64,000 nucleotides of DNA from an uncultured Gammaproteobacteria bacterium (GCA_964560005.1 CAZLKB010000003.1:174951-238950), one strand, 5' to 3'. Shown: positions 31,189 through 41,575, numbered from the stretch's first letter. Numbers and translations: made by a program. Notes: a model not told the origin generated them from the sequence alone.

Positions 31189-31198
31189 CTGTTATTGT

Positions 31199-31227
31199 AT
31201 TTTAGCCTCTGGCTTGATAGTTGTCAA
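31199..31227 (-). promoter_or_regulatory. groESL promoter
   Basis: On the - strand: TTGACA - 17 nt - TAAAAT, immediately followed by CIRCE. Confidence 0.7.
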
Positions 31228-31267
31228 GAGTTTAAATTTTGGCTTATTTTAGAGATAGAGCTCTAAT

Positions 31268-31296
31268 AAAAAATCCGTCAACCTTGGGCTGACGGA
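31268..31296 (-). terminator. Terminator of the 31313-32098 gene
   Basis: tccgtca ... tgacgga stem; T6 follows on the - strand. Confidence 0.7.
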
Positions 31297-31312
31297 AGTG
31301 AAGAAACAGAAT

Positions 31313-32098
31313 TTATTTTGCGATGAAACCGCGAACTTCGACCCGACCGTCGAATCCCCTAGCCGCCTTAGTAGCGACATGCATAAGTAAACCGAGTTGA
31401 TCTTCATCTTTAGCCGAAACCACGACATAGAAAGGATTATCTTTGGTAAATCTTTGCCCAAAACCATGGTCCCCCAAAGCAATACTTGCCAGTGTCTCAA
31501 TTTCTTTTTGTATGTAATCACTGCTCAAACCCAGAGCCTTTCCACTAGACATAAAGCCGGCCGGTAATTCTTTTAAAGCACCGGGGTTAAACTTACCGGT
31601 GCCGTCAAGATAGATCGCTCGCTCATTATGTACCGGACCGGACATTTCTGCTGCGCTGGTATGCGCGTATTCGGCGCCTAATTTTTCCGCCAGTTCTTTA
31701 CTGAAATGAGCCGCCAACTGGTCCGATGAAGTTACGCCAATAGGCAAGAATTCACCAGCTTCCTGGATTTGCTTGAATTTAATGGCGGCGGCGCCGCAAC
31801 CGTCGTGGCTTTTTACCACTCTTATCTTGCCCTTATTCCGGCGGACGAATTCTGCCACCTCGTCTTCTGAAGCCAAAATAAGATCTCCGGCAACGCCGCA
31901 GCGATGTTCGGTGCATCGGCCGTCAGAACAACCCAACTCTTCAGGCTCTTTCTCAAAGGCCTTCTTCGTATCAAGCTGTGCCATAATTTCCTCCATGAGT
32001 TTGCCCCGCTTTAAGCCTTGAATAAAAGGCAGCTGCTCCGACTTTTGCCAGAGCCTTTCTGTTTCCTCAGCATGGCCGTGTTCATGATTTGTGCTCAT
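31313..32098 (-). CDS. Hypothetical 261-aa protein with beta-carbonic-anhydrase-like CxDxR / HxxC metal-site motifs
   Basis: GGAGG 9 nt before ATG (MSTNHEHGH); motifs GCSDGRC and SHDGCGAA; own terminator. Confidence 0.6.
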   Translation of the reverse strand: MSTNHEHGHAEETERLWQKSEQLPFIQGLKRGKLMEEIMAQLDTKKAFEKEPEELGCSDGRCTEHRCGVAGDLILASEDEVAEFVRRNKGKIRVVKSHDGCGAAAIKFKQIQEAGEFLPIGVTSSDQLAAHFSKELAEKLGAEYAHTSAAEMSGPVHNERAIYLDGTGKFNPGALKELPAGFMSSGKALGLSSDYIQKEIETLASIALGDHGFGQRFTKDNPFYVVVSAKDEDQLGLLMHVATKAARGFDGRVEVRGFIAK

Positions 32099-32134
32099 AT
32101 TTTCTGTTCCTCCTTCTATTTTGTTTGTTTTCAT

Positions 32135-32239
32135 TTTATCTAAACTATATACGAATTACAAATTTATTACAAATTTACGAATAATTAAGTATTTTAGTCA
32201 TAAATTTGTAAATTTGTACAGGATTTGTAATTTGTATAC
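32135..32239. repeat. AT-rich word dyad (ACAAATTTAC / GTAAATTTGT family)
   Basis: cgaattacaaatttattacaaatttacg ... cataaatttgtaaatttgtacaggatttgtaatttgta. Confidence 0.65.
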
Positions 32240-32677
32240 TTATTCCAAATTTTTTAATTTCCTCCACCTCTTCACCGCCTTGGTTCTGGCCAATTCCCGC
32301 TCGAGCGACGCATTAATTTCCGCGAAATTCACTTTCTCGCCAGATCTGGCCTGCTTTTTCAGTTCTTCGGCGCGGCTCCGGCCGGCTTCGGCGCGAGCCA
32401 GGTCTATTTCTTCGGCACGTTCAGCGATATCGGCTAAAATTACCACCTTGTCTTTCTGCACTTCTAAAAAGCCGCCGGAAATTGAGATGATTTCGTCGGT
32501 GCCGTCTTTCTTTTTAATCTGAACCACGCCCGGCATTAAACTGGACACTAAGGGAATATGATTGGGCAAGACCGTAATCTCTCCCATCTTAGTCGGCAGG
32601 GTGATTTGCGAAATCTCCTCTTTTAAGATAATACGTTCTGGTGTGACAATCTCAAATTTTATGAAATTATTGCTCAT
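32240..32677 (-). CDS. atpC: ATP synthase F1 epsilon subunit
   Basis: FKFEIVTPERI start typical of epsilon; last gene of the atp cluster; start moved to Met11. Confidence 0.9.
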   Translation of the reverse strand: MSNNFIKFEIVTPERIILKEEISQITLPTKMGEITVLPNHIPLVSSLMPGVVQIKKKDGTDEIISISGGFLEVQKDKVVILADIAERAEEIDLARAEAGRSRAEELKKQARSGEKVNFAEINASLERELARTKAVKRWRKLKNLE

Positions 32678-32702
32678 TTTTGTTATTTTATAATTTTCCT
32701 TA

Positions 32703-32776
32703 CCCACAAATCTACAAATCGGCTACGAATATTACGAATATTTGTATTATTTGTAGCAAATTCGTAGATTTGTGGG
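32703..32776. repeat. 74-bp palindromic dyad upstream of atpC; a second copy lies upstream of typA
   Basis: cccacaaatctac...gtagatttgtggg; the 20-mer tacaaatcggctacgaatat is identical at 56269-56288. Confidence 0.85.
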
Positions 32777-32787
32777 TTGGTAATAAT

Positions 32788-34316
<1,529 letters not shown>

Positions 34317-34383
34317 TGTCATTCCCGCGAAAGCGGCCTGTTTTCCTCTTCTGCGCCGAGGTCAGCACCGAGGAGTAATCCAG
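34317..34383. repeat. TGTCAT-type element, extended form (left end of the atpG-atpD insert)
   Basis: tgtcattcccgcgaaagcgg...gcgccgaggtcagcaccgaggagtaatccag. Confidence 0.7.
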
Positions 34384-34407
34384 AAATTCCATACCTTCGA
34401 CGAGAGA

Positions 34408-34436
34408 TTGACTAATTATTAATTATATAATATATT
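34408..34436 (+). promoter_or_regulatory. Promoter antisense to the atp operon
   Basis: TTGACT - 17 nt - TATATT. Confidence 0.55.
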
Positions 34437-34508
34437 ATATTGTTAGGTTAATATCAATCGCACATTCCAACAAAACGGTGGCGACCGAATACGCGAAAAG
34501 GAAAAATC

Positions 34509-34706
34509 ATGAGAACTGTCTTGGTAAAAGGTACATATGCTCCCTTCCTTATGAGCGAAAAAGCCGCGAAACGTGGCAAGCACATTATTCTTCTTGGGCA
34601 CAAAGCAATCGGAACCGCTAACGCCAAGAAAGGCAACGGCCGTGCTTTGTCTAACGGCAGGAAAAATAGGAACTTCAGGCATGTCCCGGAAACCCTACTT
34701 GATTAA
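34509..34706 (+). CDS. Orphan 65-aa highly basic protein, antisense within the atp operon
   Basis: AAGGA 8 nt before ATG; 14 Lys/Arg versus 3 Asp/Glu; followed by a clean terminator; no family recognised. Confidence 0.4.
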   Translation: MRTVLVKGTYAPFLMSEKAAKRGKHIILLGHKAIGTANAKKGNGRALSNGRKNRNFRHVPETLLD

Positions 34707-34728
34707 CGCCAAGTGGCCTCGTTCTGCC

Positions 34729-34760
34729 GCCACCGACTTCAAAAGTTGGTGGCTTTTTTT
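34729..34760 (+). terminator. Rho-independent terminator of the antisense cassette
   Basis: gccaccgac / gttggtggc stem (one G-U) followed by T7. Confidence 0.8.
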
Positions 34761-34823
34761 ATTTAAAGAACTTTCTTCTCTTTCTGTAATGCCGGGGCGG
34801 AGCGGAACGATAGCATGTTTTAC

Positions 34824-34890
34824 TGTCATGCCGGACTTGATCCGGCATCTCATGAATTAAATGAGATCCTGAATCAAGTTTAGGATGACA
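34824..34890. repeat. Composite TGTCAT...ATGACA inverted pair (three hairpins)
   Basis: tgtcatgccggacttgatccggcatc - ctcatgaattaaatgag - gatcctgaatcaagtttaggatgaca. Confidence 0.85.
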
Positions 34891-34936
34891 GATTAGAGCT
34901 CCTTGCAGTCGCTCCCTCCAGTATAACAACACCACA

Positions 34937-35866
34937 CTACTCCGCCAGCGCGTTAGCCCCGGCGCTAATTTCAGCTATTTCCGAGGTGACTCCCGCTTGC
35001 CTGGCTTTATTATATGATAAGGTCAATTCACCCACCATATCGGAGGCCGCGTCCGTAGCCTGATGCATGGCCAGCCGCCGCGCGCTTTGTTCGGAAGCGT
35101 TGGATTCCAGCAAGGCCTGGTACAGCTGAATTTCAATCAACCGAGGCAGCATATCATTTAAAACTTCTTCCGGGCTGGGTTCAAAAATATAATCATTGCT
35201 AACTTGCGCATTAGATTGCTGCTCGCCTTGTTTTTCCCCGACACTGCCTAAATCCTCATCTATTTTGCTTATATCTATGGGTAAGAGCTGTTTTAGGCGA
35301 GGCAGTTGTTTCGCGGCATTAACGAAATCGGTGTAAGCTACCAGAACTTTGTCATACTTGCCGGATAAATAATCATCAATAATCATTTTCGCCACCGCCG
35401 TGATTTCACCGACCTCGTCAATATAATCCAGCTTGGGAAAATCGGCCGCCACTTCAAAACCAAAATTTTTGTGCACCATCCCGCCTTTCTTGCCGAGTAA
35501 AATAAATTCATGGCTGATATTTTTACCATCGCCGCCAACTGCGTGTTTCTTAATTGATTCAATGGCTTTTTTTATAATCACTGAATTAAATCCGCCGCAT
35601 AAGCCGCGGTTGGAAGTAATTAAAATAATGGCTGCCTTTTTTATTTCTTTTCTCTTGAATAACAACGGGTGGAGAGTTTGGCTGTCTCTGCCTCGCGCCA
35701 AATCTAAAACCGTGGCCCAGCTTAAATTTGCGTAAGCCCTGGTCTTCAGCACCGCTTCAATGGCTTTACGCATCTTCGCGGCCGAAACCATTTCCATAGC
35801 CCGCGTAATTTTCTTGGTATTGCCAATGGACTTTATTCTTTTTTTGATGTCGCGTGTATTTGCCAT
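34937..35866 (-). CDS. atpG: ATP synthase F1 gamma subunit
   Basis: MANTRDIKKRIKSIGNTKKITRAMEMVSAAKMRKA start and C-terminal ITSEIAEISAGANAL helix. Confidence 0.95.
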   Translation of the reverse strand: MANTRDIKKRIKSIGNTKKITRAMEMVSAAKMRKAIEAVLKTRAYANLSWATVLDLARGRDSQTLHPLLFKRKEIKKAAIILITSNRGLCGGFNSVIIKKAIESIKKHAVGGDGKNISHEFILLGKKGGMVHKNFGFEVAADFPKLDYIDEVGEITAVAKMIIDDYLSGKYDKVLVAYTDFVNAAKQLPRLKQLLPIDISKIDEDLGSVGEKQGEQQSNAQVSNDYIFEPSPEEVLNDMLPRLIEIQLYQALLESNASEQSARRLAMHQATDAASDMVGELTLSYNKARQAGVTSEIAEISAGANALAE

Positions 35867-35877
35867 TCGTCTTTTAT

Positions 35878-35946
35878 TGTCATCCTGAACTTGATTCAGG
35901 ATCTACTTTTTTGCCGAATAGATTCCGGGTCAAGCCCGGAATGACA
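35878..35946. repeat. Composite TGTCAT...ATGACA inverted pair
   Basis: tgtcatcctgaacttgattcaggatc ... gattccgggtcaagcccggaatgaca. Confidence 0.85.
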
Positions 35947-35953
35947 TAATATA

Positions 35954-37516
35954 TTATTTCACCAAATACTCCACCGTCTCCTTATAATCCTCAACCAGTT
36001 TCTTCATCTCCCCTTCCAGCTTTTCGTTTAACTCCTTCTTCTCGGCGATTTCTTTTAATATCTTAGCGCCGCTGGTAGCCGCGTATTTATGAAGCCCGGC
36101 TTCAAATTCCGCGATTTTTTCCACCGGCACATTATCCGCCAAACCGTTAATCAAAGCAAAGAAAATCAAAACTTGATTGGCTACGGCGAGGGGCGAATAT
36201 TGGCCCTGCTTAAATATTTCCTGTAATCTCTTGCCGCGCTCCAGCTTAGCTTTAGTGTCCTTATCCAAATCAGAACCGAATTGGGCGAAAGCGGCCAATT
36301 CTCTGAACTGCGCCGCCTCCAGCTTCATTTTTCCGGCAACTTTCTTCATGGCTTTTATCTGCGCAGAACTGCCGACCCGGGAAACCGAGAGGCCGGCGTC
36401 CACGGCCGGACGGCTGCCCTGATAAAACAATTCCGGCATTAAATAAATTTGGCCGTCGGTAATGGAAATGACATTGGTCGGAATATAGGCCGACATATCC
36501 CCGGCTTGGGTTTCAATAATCGGCAAAGCGGTAATGGAACCGCCGCCGTATTCCTTACTCAACTTGCAGGCTCTTTCCAATAATCTGGAATGTAGATAGA
36601 AGACATCGCCGGGATAGGCTTCGCGGCCGGGCGGGCGCCTTAAAAGCAAGGAAATTTCACGATAGGCTACCGCGTGCTTAGACAAATCATCATATACTAT
36701 TAAAACATCTTCGCCCTTGTCTAAAAAGTATTCGGCCATGGCGCAGCCGGCATATGGAGCGATATAGAGGAGTGATGCCGGATCCGAGGCTCCGGCCAAG
36801 ACAACCGTGGTATATTCAAGCGCGCCCGATTGTTCCAACTTAGCCACCATGCTCGCCACTTTAGATTCTTTCTGCCCGATGGCTACATAAATACACTTCA
36901 TGTTTTGGCCTTTTTGATTGATAATCGTATCTATAGCTATGGCGCTTTTGCCGATCTGGCGGTCGCCGATAATCAATTCTCTTTGCCCGCGGCCGATAGG
37001 AATAATCGCGTCAATAACCTTGATTCCGGTCTGAACCGGCTCCTTAACTCCCTGGCGGGTAATTACGCCCGGCGCGATTTTTTCCACCGGATAAAATTTT
37101 TCCGCCTCTATTTCCCCCTTGCCGTCCAGCGGCTGGCCCAAGGCGTTAAGCACGCGCCCGATAACGCCAGGTCCCACCGGCACCTCCAGAATTTTTTTCA
37201 GGCATCTTACCTCGTCGCCCGCTTTAATTTTTGAACTATCGCCCAAAATTATGGCTCCGACTCGATCTTCTTCCAAATTAAGCGCCACGCCATAAGACTT
37301 TTCATTTTCAACCAATTCGCGTTCATTCGCGTTCATTCGCGATGAATTCGTGATCTCCAACATTTCCGACATCATGACATCGGAGATGCCTTCAATTCTG
37401 GCAATGCCGTCGCCGACTTCAATCACCCGGCCGACGGTTTGCTCCTTCACGCTAGCCTTATAACCGGCGATTTGCTCTCTTAATTGTTCAACGATAAAAT
37501 CTTTGGTATTATTCAT
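35954..37516 (-). CDS. atpA: ATP synthase F1 alpha subunit with an in-frame repeat-derived insertion near the N-terminus
   Basis: Walker A GDRQIGKS, typical alpha motifs; extra [19 protein letters not shown] segment. Confidence 0.98.
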   Translation of the reverse strand: MNNTKDFIVEQLREQIAGYKASVKEQTVGRVIEVGDGIARIEGISDVMMSEMLEITNSSRMNANERELVENEKSYGVALNLEEDRVGAIILGDSSKIKAGDEVRCLKKILEVPVGPGVIGRVLNALGQPLDGKGEIEAEKFYPVEKIAPGVITRQGVKEPVQTGIKVIDAIIPIGRGQRELIIGDRQIGKSAIAIDTIINQKGQNMKCIYVAIGQKESKVASMVAKLEQSGALEYTTVVLAGASDPASLLYIAPYAGCAMAEYFLDKGEDVLIVYDDLSKHAVAYREISLLLRRPPGREAYPGDVFYLHSRLLERACKLSKEYGGGSITALPIIETQAGDMSAYIPTNVISITDGQIYLMPELFYQGSRPAVDAGLSVSRVGSSAQIKAMKKVAGKMKLEAAQFRELAAFAQFGSDLDKDTKAKLERGKRLQEIFKQGQYSPLAVANQVLIFFALINGLADNVPVEKIAEFEAGLHKYAATSGAKILKEIAEKKELNEKLEGEMKKLVEDYKETVEYLVK

Positions 37517-37620
37517 ATAAATTTTTAATTTATAATTTTGAATTTTGATTAAATTTTTAATAATTAATTATTAAACCATTCAAAATTAATTCAAAACTCA
37601 AAATTCATTATTCAAAATTT
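37517..37620. repeat. AT-rich word dyad (GAATTTT / AAAATTC family)
   Basis: ttttgaattttgatt ... ttcaaaattaattcaaaactcaaaattcattattcaaaatt. Confidence 0.6.
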
Positions 37621-38022
37621 TTATTTTATCATCCTATCTTTTAAACCCTCTAGTTGCGCTTTCAGGCTGCCATCAATAATCTTATCGCCATATTTAATAA
37701 CCACTCCGCCCAGAATATTTTTATCAACTATTTCGTCAACTTTGATTTCTTCCGCTCCGGAATGTTTGGCAATATAAGTTTTTAGCAATTTCACGGTTTC
37801 CCGGCTTAATTCGTTGGCGCTCAGTATTTCCGCTTCTACCTGGCCGCGTTCGGTCTGCCAAACCTTAGTAAATTCTTTTATAATCTTATCCGCCGATGCG
37901 ATTTTATTTTTCTCTGCCAATATTTCCACAAACTTTTTTATAACAGGTTTAACATCGGCGGCCGATTTACCTTCGACCGATTCATATAAACTTAAAGCGA
38001 ATTGTTTAGCGGTAATACGCAT
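37621..38022 (-). CDS. atpH: ATP synthase F1 delta subunit (short form, 133 aa)
   Basis: Position between atpF and atpA; C-terminal GGVVIKYGDKIIDGSLKAQL typical of delta/OSCP. Confidence 0.85.
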   Translation of the reverse strand: MRITAKQFALSLYESVEGKSAADVKPVIKKFVEILAEKNKIASADKIIKEFTKVWQTERGQVEAEILSANELSRETVKLLKTYIAKHSGAEEIKVDEIVDKNILGGVVIKYGDKIIDGSLKAQLEGLKDRMIK

Positions 38023-38108
38023 AAAAAATAATTTCTAACAATAATTGAAAATTTAGACATTATTACATTGAAAATTGTTTGAAAATTGAGAATTGAAAAT
38101 TGAAAATT
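38023..38108. repeat. AT-rich word repeat (TTGAAAATT family)
   Basis: cattgaaaattgtttgaaaattgagaattgaaaattgaaaatt. Confidence 0.6.
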
Positions 38109-38597
38109 TTATCTCACTATTTTCCTAATTATTTCCAAATCATCTTTCTTGTCGAGCTTCTTGTCCAATATTTTTTCCACAGTTAAGACAACCAAGTCGG
38201 CCACTTCTTTCTTTATTTCTTTTAAAGTCCTGGCCTTTTCCGCCTGCATTTTCTGCTTTTCCTGATTAATAATTTGGCCGATCTCTTCTTTGGCGCGAAC
38301 GATCGCCTCTGATTTTTTAGCTTCCGCTTGCTCGTTGGCTTTTTCCAAAATCAAGTTGGCCTGCTTTTTTGCTTCGGCCATGGTTTTATTAAATTCATCT
38401 TTGGTTTCCGATAATTTTTTTTCAATCTGCTTGGCTTCGTCCAAGCTCTTGGCGATCTTACCCGACCTTTCGGCCATGATTTTAACTAAAGGCTTAAAAG
38501 CAAACCAATACAAAACCGCCAGAACAATGGCGAAATTAATAATCTGCGCCAAAAATAGCCGCCAATCAAGATGAAATGTTTCTATAATATTTTCCAT
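38109..38597 (-). CDS. atpF: ATP synthase Fo subunit b
   Basis: Single N-terminal TM then a long charged coiled coil; operon position. Confidence 0.88.
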   Translation of the reverse strand: MENIIETFHLDWRLFLAQIINFAIVLAVLYWFAFKPLVKIMAERSGKIAKSLDEAKQIEKKLSETKDEFNKTMAEAKKQANLILEKANEQAEAKKSEAIVRAKEEIGQIINQEKQKMQAEKARTLKEIKKEVADLVVLTVEKILDKKLDKKDDLEIIRKIVR

Positions 38598-38790
38598 AAT
38601 GAATAATGTAAAATGTAAATCTCAAAATGAAAAATGCTAGCTCCGCTAACACCCCGCAGATGCGGGGTCATTGCAGAGCAATGACAATGAAAAATTCAAA
38701 ATGAATTAATAATTTTACATTTTTAATTGTCATTTTTAGATTTACATTTTCAACTTTACATTTTTAATAATCTCACCCCTGCCCCAGCCA
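38598..38790. repeat. 220-bp spacer: TGTAAAAT word dyad enclosing GC-rich hairpins
   Basis: ccccgcagatgcgggg (38653-38668) and gtcattgcagagcaatgac (38667-38685), flanked by tgtaaaatgtaaat / atttacatttt words. Confidence 0.7.
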
Positions 38791-38817
38791 ACTAAGCGGG
38801 AGCAGTGCGTAAAACTA

Positions 38818-39064
<247 letters not shown>

Positions 39065-39140
39065 GGGAATGTTAAATTTATGCTCAAACGCTAATTTATA
39101 ATCCTAATATTTTTAATATATTTTTAATTTGTTAAAATCC

Positions 39141-39992
39141 CTAGTGTTCTTCTACTGTCGCCATCATTGTTAAATAAGTCAGGATCAGCATGGCGAAGAT
39201 CAAGGCCTGAATCACGCCGACCATAACTTCCAAAAACATAAAAGGTATGGGTAAGCCGAAAGCCAGGATAGCGGCCATGGAAGCGACTAAGACTTCGCCG
39301 GCGAAAATATTGCCGAAAAGCCTGAATGACAGACTGGCGATTTTGGCTAATTCACTGATAATTTCCAGCAAACCGACGAAAAACTTAATCGGATTGACTA
39401 TTAACACCGCTGGATCCTTAAATACTTTCTTGGGAATTTCAATCAAGGCCTTCAAATTGATAAACTTATTAGAATAATTCCAGAGGCCGATCGCGACCAT
39501 GCCGAAGATATGGCTGGCGGCCACGCCGATAATAGCCAGGGCAAAAGTGGTATTCAGGTCGGCCGTGCCGCCTCGAAAAAATGGAATAAACAGCTTTCCG
39601 CCATGCTCGGAAACTACCTGGCCGATGGAGCCGATGCCGGGCAACAGCCCCAGCCAATTATTAAGCAATATAAAAATAAAAAAACTAAAGACAAAAGGAA
39701 AAAATTTTAAAGATCTCTGGCGCGAACCGGTTACCGAATCAAATGTATCTAGAAGCATTTCCATAACCGCCTCTAGAATATTCTGCAAGCGGCCCGGAAT
39801 CAGTTTGACTTTTTTTCTAAAATATAACCCAAAAATCACTACCGCGAAAACGACCAGCCAGGTATTAAGCAAGGAGTTAGTAATAGAAAAATTGCCGACT
39901 TGATAAATTTGCTCGGCGTATAGAGTATGATGTTCCTGAATCTGCGTTTGCGCCGAACTAGCTTCAGTGTTCAGTTGTTCGGTAGTTTGCAT
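39141..39992 (-). CDS. atpB: ATP synthase Fo subunit a
   Basis: Polytopic; conserved Arg helix LSFRLFGNIFAGE. Confidence 0.93.
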   Translation of the reverse strand: MQTTEQLNTEASSAQTQIQEHHTLYAEQIYQVGNFSITNSLLNTWLVVFAVVIFGLYFRKKVKLIPGRLQNILEAVMEMLLDTFDSVTGSRQRSLKFFPFVFSFFIFILLNNWLGLLPGIGSIGQVVSEHGGKLFIPFFRGGTADLNTTFALAIIGVAASHIFGMVAIGLWNYSNKFINLKALIEIPKKVFKDPAVLIVNPIKFFVGLLEIISELAKIASLSFRLFGNIFAGEVLVASMAAILAFGLPIPFMFLEVMVGVIQALIFAMLILTYLTMMATVEEH

Positions 39993-40005
39993 AATATAAA
40001 TTAAA

Positions 40006-40317
40006 TTAATTTTTTGGCTCTCCGGTTCTATCCTTGCCTAGATTATCCGGCTTAACAAATTTTTTTAATTCTCGGCTGGTGCTTCTAATCAAGCCGATCA
40101 TGGAAATAATAAAGGCTATGCCAATACTGGAAAGAAATAGCCAAGGCTCGGTCTGATATTTCTCGTCCAGCCATTTTCCCAGATACATGGCAATGATAAC
40201 CGGCGCGGTAATCCAGACTGATAATTTCAAAAACATCATTATGGCCGGCTGCCACCAAGCCGTTTTATCTTGGTTCTTTGGCACATTTCTCCCTTTTAAA
40301 TCACCTACTCCGTCCAT
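40006..40317 (-). CDS. Small membrane protein, AtpI/AtpZ-like, first gene of the atp cluster
   Basis: 103 aa, two TM helices, 13 bp upstream of atpB. Confidence 0.5.
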   Translation of the reverse strand: MDGVGDLKGRNVPKNQDKTAWWQPAIMMFLKLSVWITAPVIIAMYLGKWLDEKYQTEPWLFLSSIGIAFIISMIGLIRSTSRELKKFVKPDNLGKDRTGEPKN

Positions 40318-40379
40318 ATTTTTTCTTGCTTATTCGCATCTGCCCAATTTGCCTGCCTGCCGGTAGGTAAATGGTGCTC

Positions 40380-40418
40380 GCCCGTCTCGCCTAAAGGCGA
40401 AGCCGAAGCGGACGAAGC
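40380..40418. repeat. GCCCGTCTCGC-family GC-rich element
   Basis: gcccgtctcgcctaaaggcgaagccgaagcggacgaagc; copies at 12710-12745 (reverse) and 9997-10040 (palindromic variant). Confidence 0.8.
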
Positions 40419-40538
40419 GATAACTAAAAAAATATTCAAGGGCGTCATAGTCCTTGAATTTCTTCAAATTATTCGCTCCTGCCTGCTGGTCTAACTACTC
40501 GTATATTACATATCAAACAGGCGGAGCTGCCCACTTAT

Positions 40539-40567
40539 TTTATACAGTAAAAAATAAAAATAGTCAA
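40539..40567 (-). promoter_or_regulatory. atp operon promoter
   Basis: On the - strand: TTGACT - 17 nt - TATAAA, about 215 nt before the atpI-like start. Confidence 0.65.
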
Positions 40568-40655
40568 CTCATAAAATCTCGTAACCCATAACTCACAACT
40601 CGTAACTGCTTTAGCACGGCATTTTGAGTTACGGGTTACGAGTTATGAGTTGCGA
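40566..40655. repeat. Word dyad (ACTCATAACTCGTA / GAGTTACGAGTT family)
   Basis: ctcgtaacccataactcacaactcgtaact ... gagttacgggttacgagttatgagttgcgag. Confidence 0.75.
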
Positions 40656-40660
40656 GAAAC

Positions 40661-41500
40661 TTATATCTTAAACAGCTTCCTGGCATTGGCCGTACTAACC
40701 TCGGCGATCCTTAAAAAACTTAGATTTTTTATTTCCGCGATTCTTTCAGCAACTTTTTTTACTAACAGCGGTTCGTTGCGCTGGCCGCGGAAGGGTTCGG
40801 GCGTCATGTAAGGACAGTCGGTTTCAATCATAAATTTATCGTTCGGTATCCGGCGAATCAAATCATCCCATTTGGCGGAAAAAGTTATCAAGCCGGTAAA
40901 AGAGACGATTAAGCCTAAGGAAAAGTACTGCCAGGCCAGCTCCTCGTCGCCGGAAAAACAATGCATCACTCCCCAGACCTTGTCTTTCGCCATATCGCTC
41001 TTATAGTCTTTTTTAAAAGTTTTTAAAACCTCTAGCATATCATCGTGCGCCTGGCGGCAGTGGATTATAGCCGGCAATTTAAGATTATGGGCCAGCCTGA
41101 GCTGATCGTAAAAAACTTTTTTTTGCTTCTGCTTAATCGCGGTAGCATCGGCCGTAATGTCAAGCTGATAATAATCCAAACCGATCTCGCCGATGGCCAC
41201 GACTTTTTTAAATTGTCCTAATTTTTCGTAGACATCATAGCTGAATTCCTCTTGGCGCGTATTAAAATCATAGTCATCGCCGGAAATTTCCCGGGCATGA
41301 GTATGCACCGGGTGCAGGCCAACCGCGGCGTAGACGCCTTTTTCGTATTTATTGGCGTATTCTAAGGCGCGCTTTGAAGTCTTAACTTCCGAACCGACTA
41401 AAATCATCCAGGTGTCGCCCGCCAAAGAACGGCGAATCACTTCGTCGGCATCGTTTTTAAAAGCGTTAAAATTAACGTGAGCATGGGTATCGATGAGCAT
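40661..41500 (-). CDS. tatD: TatD-family metal-dependent hydrolase
   Basis: MLIDTHAHV start and HxH...H...H...D pattern; the ATG at 41515 is supplied by a TGTCAT element, so Met6 is preferred. Confidence 0.9.
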   Translation of the reverse strand: MLIDTHAHVNFNAFKNDADEVIRRSLAGDTWMILVGSEVKTSKRALEYANKYEKGVYAAVGLHPVHTHAREISGDDYDFNTRQEEFSYDVYEKLGQFKKVVAIGEIGLDYYQLDITADATAIKQKQKKVFYDQLRLAHNLKLPAIIHCRQAHDDMLEVLKTFKKDYKSDMAKDKVWGVMHCFSGDEELAWQYFSLGLIVSFTGLITFSAKWDDLIRRIPNDKFMIETDCPYMTPEPFRGQRNEPLLVKKVAERIAEIKNLSFLRIAEVSTANARKLFKI

Positions 41501-41509
41501 AAACAACTT

Positions 41510-41570
41510 TGTCATTCCCGCGAAGGCGGAAATCCATTTCCTTTGTCATTGCGGGCTCAGACCCGCAATC
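41510..41570. repeat. Two tandem TGTCAT-type hairpin elements
   Basis: tgtcattcccgcgaaggcggaaatcc and tgtcattgcgggctcagacccgcaatc. Confidence 0.85.
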
Positions 41571-41575
41571 TAGAA

